DNA of 64,000 bases from Rhizodiscina lignyota. Taxonomy: Eukaryota. The position numbers and the translations under genes are program-made. The stretch lies in the NCBI GenBank assembly GCA_010015805.1, contig ML978130.1, forward strand, positions 310,001 through 374,000, written 5' to 3'. Below, piece after piece: positions 24,403-36,541 of the stretch (its first letter is position 1; each line of letters opens with the position of its first letter). The notes beneath the pieces were generated by a model. That model did no database searches, was not told the origin of the DNA, and saw only the letters and a program-made list of their open reading frames with translations.

Positions 24403-24995
24403 ATGGCTACGTTCAACTATCCGCTTACCGGACGTTGTGTTTGTGGAGAGTTGGTCTATCATATGGAGGTGCCGCCGATGGCCACACACTGCTGTCAGTC
24501 AGTCTCACCCACCCTCGTCGTGATTCAGCATCGAACTTTGACATTTTCATTTTTTCCACGAAAATGCATGTTAAACAGATATATCATTGTAGCTGTCGCT
24601 GGTGTCAAAAACAAACGGGTGCTTCCTTCGCATTGCACGCATTTATCGAAAAGAACAAACTCAAAATACTAGCCGGGGAGGTCGAAGAAGTCACCGTGGA
24701 AAGCCCAAGTGGTGCCGGCCAGGTCATGACTCGATGTTCGAAATGCCACTTTGCCGTGTGGAGTGTTTACTTGTCTTTGGGCCCCGAAGCTGAGGTTGTA
24801 CGAAGCCTTGATGTCGGGACACTCGACGAACCTGATGCTTGCCCACCCGATTATCATATATACACTCATCACAAGCAACGGTGGATCACATTTTCCGACG
24901 ACATTCCGGTATTCGATCAGTTGTATGATGAGAACGAGATCTGGCCTAAGGACAAGCTCCTGAGACGGAGAAAAGCTCTTGAGGTAAGTTTATAA
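24403..24995 (+). CDS. GFA/CENP-V (Mss4-like) zinc-binding protein
   Basis: GRCVCG...THCCH|CRWCQKQTG...RCSKC...VGTLDEPD..PPDYHIY; intron 24498..24592. Confidence 0.9.
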
Positions 24996-25491
24996 CCCCT
25001 GATCAAATGTGCTTATTCTGAACTACTATCCGGGCCCGCGAAAAACCGTCTTCATAGAAGAAGACCCAGAAAATGCGACTGGAACCAATCCATGAAGGAG
25101 ATTATGTAGCAGGATAAAGTATGCTTTAGAGATATATTGCATTGACGTAGCCAGTCGGAACAGCGTGGTCTTGTTCATATAGCTTAAATGATAGACTTTG
25201 GACCGTAGAGATATGAAACCGAATGTTTAAATTAAGCCATCATGTCAATTTTAATGATTTCTAATGAGTATCGGGGTCTTATCACTCTTTTGCGCATGGT
25301 AGTCAAACAATTTAAGTGGGTATTAGAATTTCTCTGCAGAACATGTATAAATACAGCGTCGCCCGCTCTTCCCACCCCAGCATTGCAAACACACCTTTCA
25401 AATGTCAAATACTTTTGCAACTTATGAACCTTCCACAAAGCACCCAACCTAGTGTCCATGTGAGATATTTTCCATCAAGAGTTCCACGACC

Positions 25492-27384
25492 ATGATAGAC
25501 TCCAAAAATGCAATTCGGCAAACAGTTGCTCCAACTACCACAACCCCGATCCTACAACCAGACCCCAAAGCTCCCACCGAAACAACCAGACTCCTGCTTC
25601 CAGATGATTCCTCTGAAGTTTCAGCTACGACACAAAATGTGCATTATCAAAACGTTTCCGGCATTCAATTTCGCTGGCTCTTTGGCTGCCTCATGCTTGC
25701 CAGTCTCGTCGCCTTCTTCGACGGCACCCTCATGGCCTCTAGCCATCCGATCATCGCTTCCTATTTCCAAGCCAGCAATTCCGCCTCCTGGCTTTCAACA
25801 GTCTTCTTCTTGACCTTGACCGTCTTCCAGCCTATGTATGGGCGTGTTTCTGATCTCATCGGACGACGGCACGTTTTACTCTTTGCGTTGGTTGTCTTCT
25901 TCCTCGGCACCGGTTGGTGTGCTGCTGCGCCGGATATGGGGAGCTTTATCGCCGCGCGTGCATTATGTGGTTTGGGGGCAGGTGGCGTCGCTGCTATGAC
26001 GGTCATTCTGGTCAATGACGTGGTGCGATTGGAATATCGTGGGATATATCGTTCGTTGACCCTGTGCTCCTCAAAAGGAGACCAGTCCTCTCCGCTCTTC
26101 TAACTGCTAATACTTCCGCTAGAATCATACTACAATGTAGCTTGGGGGTTGGGCAATGGACTTGGAGCAGCGTTAGGTGGAGTTCTCTGTGACCAGCTTG
26201 GCTGGAGAGCTGCATTTGGCATTCAGCTGCCGTTCATTTTTGCCATTGGAATCGTCGCCTGGATTGTGACACCAAGTAACCTGGGTCCCAACCTCGCCAA
26301 ATCCGAAATCCAAACTTTTGTTGAAGCTGCACAAGCCTTTGACATCCCCGGCGCCTTCGTCTTAACGGTTACAATCACATCTCTAACTCTTAGCTTAAAC
26401 CTCCCCGGCACTGTCCTTCCTTGGACTCATCCCATCGTCCTCATATCCCTTGCCACCTTCCTTATCAGCAGCTGCTTCCTCCTTCACGTCGAGTACTACG
26501 CCCCACGTCCCATACTCCCTCTCTCTCACTTGTCAACTCCTCCGATGCTAAATTTAATGTGGTCCAACTTCCTTTCCGCCACCACTATCAACACCGTTCT
26601 ATTTTATCTACCACTCTATCTTCAAGCTGTTCGAGAACTGTCCCCGACCGCTTCAGGTCTTTATCTTCTTATTCCCCTGGCCAGTGCCTCTGCTGCTGGT
26701 CTCATCTCCGGTCTATGGATCACCAACATCCGAAAAACGAAGCCTCCTATCCTTGCAGGAAGCGTCTTCTTTCTCCTCGGGGCTATCTCGACCACGGTTC
26801 TCTGTATAAACCCCACCACTGCTACCACCATCTCACCCTGGGCTATAGCCCTTCTCATACCAGGCACATCTATTGCGCAAGGCATGAACTGGTCAGCCAC
26901 TACAATCGCCGTTCTTACCCTTCCAGGGCCTAGTTCCAAACCCGCGTCCAGCTCTCCTGATGGCAGAGAAACCACTCCCTCCCGAACAACGACATCTCCA
27001 TCGCAATCCACAACGACAACGACTCTCGCCCTAATCCGCTCCATCGGCTCTACCCTTGGCATTGCCTTCAGCAGCTGGATCTTCCAGGTCACCCTCCTCT
27101 ACTACCTGAACCAGAACATCACTTCCAATCCTGAAGGAACAACTAAACAAGCACTCATCGACCACATAACTCACGCCTCTATTTCTGCTATTGCCACTCT
27201 ACCTCCGCTCATCAAAGCACAGGCTATCGCGTCGTACGTCCAGGCGCTCCGGTTAACGTTTGCATCCGGCATCATAGGGGCGGTTGGAGGGCTGCTCTTA
27301 GTAGTTGCGGTCAGAGATAGGCTTCCTTCTTTGAAAAGAGAGTCTAAAGAGGAAGATGAAGAGGAGGAGGAGGAAAGTAGATGA
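25492..27384 (+). CDS. 14-TM MFS transporter (DHA2/Vba-like)
   Basis: FQPMYGRVSDLIGRR, ARALCGLGAGG, LGWRAAFGIQLP; intron ~26051..26122. Confidence 0.9.
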
Positions 27385-27901
27385 CAAACGAGGGCACGGA
27401 AAATTAACGACAACGCCATTTACTTTGCCATATAGCTGATCAACGCACACCACATTGTGCGGTATTTGCATAAATTTATAAGAACACCGACTTCTGATAC
27501 TGGTTTCATCTTTTTGAAATGGCCTTCCTGCGAGTCTATTCGCCTCTATGCACGAAATGTTTACCGTTAAAGATAGTTCCCAAATGAGCCTATCTCTTCC
27601 CCTTCTCTCAGTGCTGTACTCATACCTAGGATACGATCATTAGGGGCGACTGGCTCTGTCTAAACAGCGGCCTTTACCTCATCTTCCCCAACATCATGCT
27701 TTACTCCTCCGCCAAGGACATTATCCGCGGACTGTCAATGGCCGTAGGTGTTCCCTCGCTGCCGAGGAAGGCGGCAGTGCTCTAGTTCCGACAACTGCCA
27801 TCAGCGACAGGTCAGCCTCGGAATCAATTGAAGAGATAGTGATTAAATCAACGCTAACAATAACGCTGTTGAAGACTGGTTAGGGATTTTCCATGGGCGC
27901 T

Positions 27902-28111
27902 GAAACTCCTCGTATATCTGCAATGCATCAACTTCAGCTTTAGGACAACACGCTGGAAGTGCACGATCGAAGGCGAACGGTCCGATAATAAAAATATATC
28001 GAACAAGAAGCAAATCGGAGACGCCGCCACACTTGGCCAATCACACATCGACCTCGAAGCGCAGAGGTTCGTTGCGAAAGAATAAGACTTCTTTGGGGCA
28101 ACAGAACTACC
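27902..28111. repeat. Dispersed direct repeat, copy 2 (copy 1 at 11903..12118)
   Basis: Same orientation, offset ~16.0 kb; see copy 1 alignment. Confidence 0.9.
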
Positions 28112-28459
28112 CAGATATGTATCTGGATGAAAGCAATATCATGTAGGCGAAGCTAGATCATCGGCGCTAAAGTGTCAAGCTTTATGTTGTGGCGTCTTGG
28201 TATACCCCACTACTGCAGCAAAGCAGTGCTAATATTCCATTGGATATGGTTTCTTCGCATTCAAATTTATCAAACCTTCACGTAGCGCTAGGAATGTGAG
28301 GCTAACTCATGTGTCGCATACGGCACAAATATGTCCTTTTCAACTTTAGTAGGATTTCAATCAACTGTCTCCTAAATAAAGCCGTCGAGCAAAAAAAAAA
28401 ACGCTTCAGAGATGCCTCTCGTCTTGCTCTGATAAATAAGCTGACTTTCATCCATAACC

Positions 28460-28654
28460 ATGAATCCAAGTGCTGCAGGCGATAATGACACTAAGATTTA
28501 CGACAACTCGCCCATCTCCTTTACTCCTACGAGCGAAGACGGAATCTTCGAGAACAACATAGATCGCCTCAACGCCACTAAGCCAAGGCCGGTTCGTTCC
28601 ATCTCATCGGAAGACGTGATTACACCGGGACGGATGGATAACGCCGGCTCGTGA
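28460..28654 (+). CDS. Possible small ORF or gene remnant (64 aa)
   Basis: ATG in good context (AACCATG) after a TAAATAA and poly-A promoter-like tract; no recognisable domain. Confidence 0.25.
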   Translation: MNPSAAGDNDTKIYDNSPISFTPTSEDGIFENNIDRLNATKPRPVRSISSEDVITPGRMDNAGS

Positions 28655-29701
28655 TGGTGAGCCCGGATCTCAGGAATGAGTATGCGTAGAAGACAGTAAT
28701 GGGTGGCTCGGCTTCCGGAATCCCATCTCAGGAGGGTGATTAGGCCGCGATAAACGGTAGAGAATAAGCTGTTTCGCTTCATGGCATGACGTATGGGAGA
28801 GGTTCGGGATTCATGAGAGGTCAGAGGGAACCCGGAAAGTACGCTCGAATTATGACAGATTGACCCTAGGGAGAACTTTAACCAGTAGGCATCAAGGTAG
28901 AAAACGAAGTAGAGAAGTCGGTGATGAATGATGATTGAGAGCAGGGGGTCTCTAGAGATGTTCTGTGTTTGTTAAGGTCTAGCATTCATTAAGCGGACTT
29001 GGATTTTCGGAGAACACCAGCACCATACAGTACGATAACGTCTGCGATGGCGTGTTTAGGCTGTGCTTCAGGGGCAAATCTCTTTGAGAATCAAAGACCT
29101 CTCGAAGGTTATCCGGAAGATAGCTCGATTGGTTGTGCTTCAGTGTTGGAGTCCGGTCGTTAAATCGAAGTCTCGTCCATATTTATGAGACAACTTTGAG
29201 GCATAAAATGACTGAAGAAAACTATTCAGGTGAAATGTCAATGAGCCATAAATGATACCGAAACAGGATGGATACACTTTTTGTATAGCGGAGGTTTACG
29301 AAATTGACTTTCAATTTAGGTTGACAAATTCGTCAAGTCGATGGATGGTTCAGAGCAATGCCTGTATCTGGAAACATCGTGTGAAATCATTATGGCAAGG
29401 ATGCTGGGGCCCTAAACAAGTGCGTTTCATATTGTTTCGTTGTAATCGCGCCCCTTTGTATATTGCCTTCCCAACCACGCAATCGGAGAAAAGCCGTTCG
29501 TTGAGTAACGCCGCTAAGGACCACATGGCACTCAACATAACCTCTGGTTCATGAGTTCGCATTACGATGACTCGCTTGTGAGGCTCTCCTCTCTTAACCA
29601 CAAACTGTCCAGCATCACCAGCTGCACGGTCCTTAGCAGAGCTTGTCGATAAGGCTCGAGGCTATCCGACGCTATCGATTATTTCTGTGATAGTGTGATC
29701 G

Positions 29702-29962
29702 TTATGACCGCTCTCCCTGGTCATTCGGCCTCCGCATGTGTGAGAGGAGTGCGAGTTTTAAGCGGATATAGGCTTCGGTGACAGAATCTGATGTGTTATG
29801 TTGATCTCCTGGTGCTCTCGATGGTGCCGATGTTCGTGAGGGGACAGATCGAGACCAAGACTCGATGGAAGAGGTGTGATGAGCGGTTTGTATAGAATGA
29901 GGATGCTGGCCAACCTCAGATGGACTCCTAGTAGAGGAAGATAAGGGACATGGCGAGGCGGA
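29702..29962 (-). CDS. Small hypothetical Ser-rich protein
   Basis: MSASPCP...IESWSRSVP...EAYIRLKLALLSHM; plausible ATG context after a pyrimidine-rich leader. Confidence 0.4.
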   Translation of the reverse strand, partial: SASPCPLSSSTRSPSEVGQHPHSIQTAHHTSSIESWSRSVPSRTSAPSRAPGDQHNTSDSVTEAYIRLKLALLSHMRRPNDQGERS

Positions 29963-31245
29963 CATATTGAATAGCGAGGAGAGATGCAACTTTCAATACT
30001 GAAAAAGGAATCTCCGCAGAAAAACAATGGAAAATGAAAATAATAATATGAAATGCCGCGAAAACGGAAGCTAGCTTAGCACATATGAAAGGTGGTGGAA
30101 CTGGTGTATCTGGCCTTATATCAAGTTGGAGATAAACCTCTCCAGCTTCGTGGATAGATAGTAAGTAGAGCTGAGAAAGCACATGGTGATTTTCAAATCG
30201 AGTAAGCACGTCTGTACCCTTCCACATTCGCCTGTCTTCATATCAATGGGCCAATAAACGTCGGAGGCGTTAAACGAGAAAGGTTAAATTTGCTCACAAT
30301 GTGGAGCAAGATGGAAACAAAGGCGGTCCTCATGCTCCCAGACGAGCGGGTAAACCACGGGCGTGACAAATACATTGCAGGAGTGAGGTTCCGAGGGATG
30401 CTGCAGTAGCAATACAGCTGTGAGGTGGGCAAGAAGAGCGCTGATGGCGTTAGCAAAACAAAGCCCGTCGATGTTTGGAATTCCAAATCTTCAGGGCGAG
30501 GCTGGGGGTTGCGGGAAGCGGTGGGTCCATGCACAGGTACGATTTGAGATTATGATTCACAGATCGTCCACCTGGTAGGCGAGTATCAGATCATGTCTTG
30601 ACGGTGTTAGCGAGTTGGCGCTCGGCTTTGATGGGGAGAGATGATTTGAAAGATGGAGAGGATTAGAAAGGAGCTGTGGACCGAGGGTTGTGACTACTGG
30701 TTACTAAAAAGGAGGCCAAAAGCCTTGGTCCGTGCAACCAGCGCGACGGACAATCCGACAAGTTACAACCGACAACCGCCACAAAGCCACTTGCCACTGC
30801 ACGAACCTCTCTCCAACCACCTGCAGCATCACCTCTCTTTCACGTGAAATAGGCAAGTACTGAATCATACTATGTGCATATTTTCCAGGCTATTTCCCAA
30901 AGACACTCTGGTCTTGCGGGGAGACGGCCGCGCACTACGCACGCACGTAGCCGCTCACGAGTCACGTTCGACAAAAGAAAGCACCGCATTGTCATCTACA
31001 GTTGGGGTGTAATCGCAAGCTAGGCGTCTATCAGTACTCCCAAGCTGTCAGCGTTGCATCGGCGGCTAACCAGACATTTGGTGCTACGTGGTATCCTATC
31101 ATTTAGCCTCACTCTTAAGCTTCTGGCAAGGAAACTAAAATCGCAGATTGCAAGTATTCTGTACTGGGTACTAACGTAAGGTACATTTAAACCACTAAGT
31201 ACAAAGTATAACAGTGCGCCTTATCTTACTGATGAAGCTTCGACA

Positions 31246-32829
31246 TTATGAATCCCAAATCGGCCCATAAGCACTGACTCCTTGACCTCGGAGTCCCCCG
31301 ACAACGGCTTTGGTCAGCTTTTGATTCGAAATCACAAACACAGCCTCGGATTGAGTCGTTTCATACAGTGTGTACGCCATTTTGTGTAAATCAGGTCGTC
31401 CTGATTTCTCCGTGTCGACAATTATCGAACTCGGATCAGCTCGAAGGACGGAGCCTATAATTCCTTGTCCGTAAGTCTTCTCCGGACTTTTTGTCGACCA
31501 TATGATCCGGCAGTCGAGATCTGGACACCCATTGAATAACCCCAGGCACGGCCCGATGCCAGAACCAGTAGCTACAATGACTACTCGACTGAACATTGTA
31601 GCGTTCCAAAGCACCCCTCGCATGGGAATCTCTCGTACCCACAACTTCTCCGGTGGATTTCGAATAATATTACCTGTCCAGTCACCAGCATTTGAAACAA
31701 GGACAGAATATCCTGACCCACGGTCCGGAGCGGGGATACATGCAAAAGCATGGTTCTCTCGAAGCGGTGCGTGAGACAATTTGACAGCCATACATGGCTC
31801 AGCAGTCGCGTAGTCGAAATGAAACCGAACTACGTGGCTGGAAATTCGTTCAATCCGTACACTTCTCTTGCGCAGGCGCAGCCATGGATACACCAATAGG
31901 GCTGTGATGAGGACGAGTAACCAGAACGACTGAGTCCGGACCAAGCGAGAGCCAAACGATAACTTTTCCGCCTTCGCGAAGGTCGCGATAACCAGCATCG
32001 TCTGCGTCCAGAACAGACCGATTACTGTCCAACCAGCAAACCGATGGACCACTTCAAACTGATCATGCAATCTCGCGCGCAATGTGGGATGTGCGAAAAC
32101 CAACATTGAGATCAGCAGCAACCACACAATCCATGTGATGCCTATTATGGCTGTGTCTACGGGCTGGCGGTTCTGGAAGTTGCATGTTGTTGCTGTGAGA
32201 AAGAGGCAGTACCACAATATGCCCGCAACGGCACAGCCACTGTGAATACCGCCGTAATGGTGAATCATACTCAGGAATGTATGTCGAGTAAATGGAGGCG
32301 AGTTTCTGGCAACGACGTTTGCTAACCCGTAGAAGAGGTTGACCAAATGCTCGTTCCGAACTGCAACCAAAGCGAAGAAATTTGTCGCTGCCGCGGTGAG
32401 GACGCAGTCAAGTCCCAGTTCACGCAGCGTGGCGAATCTGTACAGGATCCAAACGAACGGAATCATGTTGCCAATGAAGACGATTCCAAATAACCATTGG
32501 TATACCGAGAATGGTAAACGCCGCAATAGATGGAATCGCCAGTAATCTTTGCTCGTCGACACACTCGGCTCTCCTTTCTCGCATTCAAGGATGCTAGAAG
32601 TCGAGATGCAGCTCACTTGCTGAGGGGCGATTATCCTTAGCATATCCCACTGACAACTGTTGGGTGAGCTTGATGGAAGAAGTGCCGGTGGTGGCCGTGT
32701 GATTGGAAGTTCCAAATCATATTCCAGTCCTGTGAGCGATCTTTCCGCACCAATATGGCCTTTCTCGACGTCTTGGTAACATGTCCGGGACCAGGAGGAA
32801 TATGAATGTTGATTTCGCGTGCCTTCCAT
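31246..32829 (-). CDS. TmpA-like integral membrane flavoprotein (ferric-reductase-like TM plus FAD/NAD-binding domain)
   Basis: HYGGIHSGCA, HDQFEVVHRFAGW, ENHAFA, VATGSGIGP, C-terminal AYGPIWDS; intronless 527 aa. Confidence 0.88.
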   Translation of the reverse strand: MEGTRNQHSYSSWSRTCYQDVEKGHIGAERSLTGLEYDLELPITRPPPALLPSSSPNSCQWDMLRIIAPQQVSCISTSSILECEKGEPSVSTSKDYWRFHLLRRLPFSVYQWLFGIVFIGNMIPFVWILYRFATLRELGLDCVLTAAATNFFALVAVRNEHLVNLFYGLANVVARNSPPFTRHTFLSMIHHYGGIHSGCAVAGILWYCLFLTATTCNFQNRQPVDTAIIGITWIVWLLLISMLVFAHPTLRARLHDQFEVVHRFAGWTVIGLFWTQTMLVIATFAKAEKLSFGSRLVRTQSFWLLVLITALLVYPWLRLRKRSVRIERISSHVVRFHFDYATAEPCMAVKLSHAPLRENHAFACIPAPDRGSGYSVLVSNAGDWTGNIIRNPPEKLWVREIPMRGVLWNATMFSRVVIVATGSGIGPCLGLFNGCPDLDCRIIWSTKSPEKTYGQGIIGSVLRADPSSIIVDTEKSGRPDLHKMAYTLYETTQSEAVFVISNQKLTKAVVGGLRGQGVSAYGPIWDS

Positions 32830-35800
32830 CGCTGGTGTTTCGTAGAAGTGCCTATGATGGAACGAATATGAAATTTGCTTGAGTCGACCAAGGACCGCCT
32901 TGCCTTAACGAATGGAAACCACGAGAGTCTGGAAGTAGAGACAATGCCAGCTTCAATACATTTGTATGGCGTTTCCTTCGTCTATTCCGGGAATTTATAT
33001 GCAGAGCTCCAACGTTCAACGGCCGACATGGATAAACGACCGTTGGAGCGAGCACGCGTTACGATCTCCGCAACGTTTAGCATCCATGCAATCAACCGAG
33101 TTTTGACTGGATGTCATAGCAGTTGGCGTTGTGCAAATGTTGACATACCCTCCCCGTCGGGCTGCGTGGTACCGTTGGTTACTGACTGAGGCGCAAGGGA
33201 TTAGCATCGACTCAAACGCACACCTTCCAGAACGTACGTATATATTCCGAAGATATACTCTAATCTCTTTTTCCAGATGTTCTAATCTTGAATATTTCCC
33301 GGCTTTGCTCGACTAATTTGAAGATGGCTTCTCAAATTCTTGTATGCGCGATCAAAGGGACAGGCAACGTTCAAGCTTGTATCGAGGCCAAACTCCACTT
33401 CAAAGAATTCTATTTTTCGAGACATCTTCTCTGGAATTTCCAACAAATGTAACAGGCCTAACTACAAACCACTGGTTGGCCCAGAGATTGTCTTTCCAGA
33501 AACAGCGCTAGACGTAAACGTCGAATAATTTGGCATGTTTCATGCTCCCTCGACGCATTCCAGTGTTCGCCGATCCACATTCCCTGGAAATCTGGAAATC
33601 TGCAGACTGTTTACGCGACATTGCCACACTGAGATTCCACTCTCGAGATCCTACCTGCCCTGAGCCTGGTATTCAGGTGCCCCGCGTGGCCCATGTGTTC
33701 GGCTTGCAGTATGCGGTTACCTGCATTAAACAGGGGGGCAACCTCTGCTCTGAACAGCATCCAAACCTATCGTCAGTCAGATTTAATAGATGTTTCTTCC
33801 ATGAATCGTTCAATATCATATACTTCGCAGATCAGGCGGTAATATCGTACTAGTCTCCAACCCGAGTTTTGCAACATGCTAATTCCACGCAAAAACATAT
33901 GGTCTCATCGCCATTTCCAAATCTCAACCATAGGCTTAGCTTTACTATCCCAGTCGAACGCTATGCGGCCTTAACGCCGGACTTCAGCTGCACACAGCTA
34001 TTCAAGATCATCTCGCGTAGTTGCAGATGTATCTCACCGGGCCCGCTTCTCCACCTCCGCGCGATTGTACAAGCAAACTTAGCATTAGCTGCCAGCTCTG
34101 CATCAAGCGAATACCGACAATAGAGACTCAAGCTCCAAAGCATCGGCAACAGCCTTCCGAGTATATATAGTTCTCTATGGAGCTACTCCAGAACTGAGTA
34201 AGAACTATAAAACGGCTATAATTTTCAACGTCGCTAACCTAGCGCCATCACTGTTTCTAGAAAAGATGGGAATTCTGTCCGTCGCCTTCTTCCGTCGATT
34301 AATTAAAGAGTGCAACGAGCCTCTGCATGCTGCGGATAGCTTACTGACTGAAGGGCATTTGGAACCACTTACGCTTTCTTGACGATATGTCAGCTGAGCT
34401 AACGGCACAAGACAATGACACAGCTGCACATTGGTGGTGCCTTATCGTCTGACTGGAGTTGAAAAATGCAGTTCAGTCTTGTTGGGCGAAGCCTTTGACC
34501 GCATTTGGGCCCAATCTTGCTGGGCACCTCCAGCGGATCTCTTCCGATAGAACCAGCACCATGTTGCTGTCGGACTCATTAGACTTGTATTGAGATTCGT
34601 TTTCCTTGACCTGGGACGGCGGCTCGAAATGAGCCTGACATGCGAGATCGAGTGGAGCCATACCTTCCCGGATATACTTTGCATGATGCATTCGCGTAAT
34701 CATTCGGATACCTGCATCACTTTCTACAGGCGCCACCTCTCTATCTTTCTAGGCTTTGCAGGACTTGAAGATGGACGCAGACATTGCCGCATTCCAAACA
34801 GCTCCACTCCCGGTGAGACATCTGTGCGCACTTTCGCTGATTTGCAACACTTCGACTGTCTTGTGGACTTGGCTGTTGCTCTCATGTCGCACCAAACCCT
34901 TCTCTCGTGCAATATTGTATCTGCTAAAATTTTCAGGCACATATGACTTCTTCATCATAATAATTCCATGTCCGGTATGACATCCATCAAGCGCTGTAGA
35001 AACTGGGTTATTATTCGACCTTCATCGATCGTCTTCCAAATATTCTCGCATCCTCAGAATTCGCCGAAGATACCAAGAACCTTTTCCATGATCGTACGCC
35101 CACCACCTGTGCACATCCCTGGCTTCCCGTCCTTAAACGTCCTAAGCAACCATCCTATCGGCTTCACCGACGGCGATCCGGCATCCAGGTCGAGCTCTCA
35201 ACCCTTCCAGTAGACACCAGCATGCACTGAGCAGCCCGGATCATGGGCATTGCACCACGCCAGCAGCGAAAATTCACTGACCACTGTGTGAATATCAATT
35301 TTACCAAGTCTCGCGACATTCCGGGTTCTTTACAGAAGTCACCCATTGATCAGCCTTTGAGTGTCATTTTCATAACCTCGGATTGCAACAGGATGCGGAC
35401 TCCCAGAGCCTCTGTGTAACCCTCAACAATTTGACTCATTCCTGTCATAGCCTTTTCCTTCTTCACTTCACATAACCGTCACTAGAACACGATCGGAGAG
35501 ACACCCGTGACATGCTCTGCAAGGCTAGGCCCTTCACCTACTTGTGTCTTATTTAACCCTTAGTTGGTTCTGGTCGCACAAAAGGAGGGGCCATTCTGAG
35601 TGCTGCAACACAGCAAAAACTGGAATTCAGCAGGGGTCTCCCTGACAGATAGAAAAATCTTTGATGAAAGCGCGTAGTTGCGCTTTAGAGTCGGAAGCCT
35701 ACTGTCAATATTGACGTCGTATTTTCTACAGCTGCCGATACCACGTTTACCTGTCCTGGACCATAGCGCCGATGCATGCTGCCTTCCGCTCGTTCGACCC

Positions 35801-36541
35801 AAAGCACGTGCGCACGTGAGGCGGGAAGGGGCGTGAACGGAATCTAAATCTAAGAGCGTCATCATAAGGTGGTGACGTATTTTGGATTCTTCTAGAGCCA
35901 TTGGACATATTTCTCAATATCTGTGGTACTTCCGACCAGCTACGCATAGCCAGCAGTGCGAAGGACGCGAAACTTTGCTCTGGGTGGAAGTGATGCGCAT
36001 GGCTTGAGAAGCACTTTCAAGATTACTTTAAGCGCCGCTCTTAAAGACCTTCTCGTGTCTGAAAACGATGCTGCACTCAAATATATCTTTATTTTTCTGC
36101 TCTGTACCTCAAGTTTCGACCGCTGATAAACGTAGACCATGATGTCTCGCGGCTAGGTTGTGCAGCATGTGTCTTTACTTTGTTTACTATCACCTCTCAC
36201 CTGTTTGGTTGAACGTTTTGCCTAACGACTTCGACCTTTAGAACGCTTGCAATTGGATGGCGTAGCGGTGTCCTCACACTAATTCCTCCAATCCAGTATG
36301 ACGAAAAGCTCGAAACCGAGTTGGTTTATCGAATGTCGCTCTTCTTATTCATCCCAGAGCCAGTCCCCCGGTCTGGACGCCCACGAGAGCTGACCATGGT
36401 GAGATTCTCAACCCTCGTGCCTCATCGAAACGCGGAACATTGTTCTCCACAGACTTCTTCCTTCAAGACCCTTTAGGCAAACTGGAGGAATAAATTTCTT
36501 CTTGTATGTCGTTGTCACTCGTTTCTCTTTTAAGAACTGGA

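Noticed and set aside
11903..28111. Reading the direct repeats as retrotransposon LTRs or Starship ends
   Set aside because: No TG..CA termini recognised, and no gag/pol or tyrosine-recombinase captain gene between them
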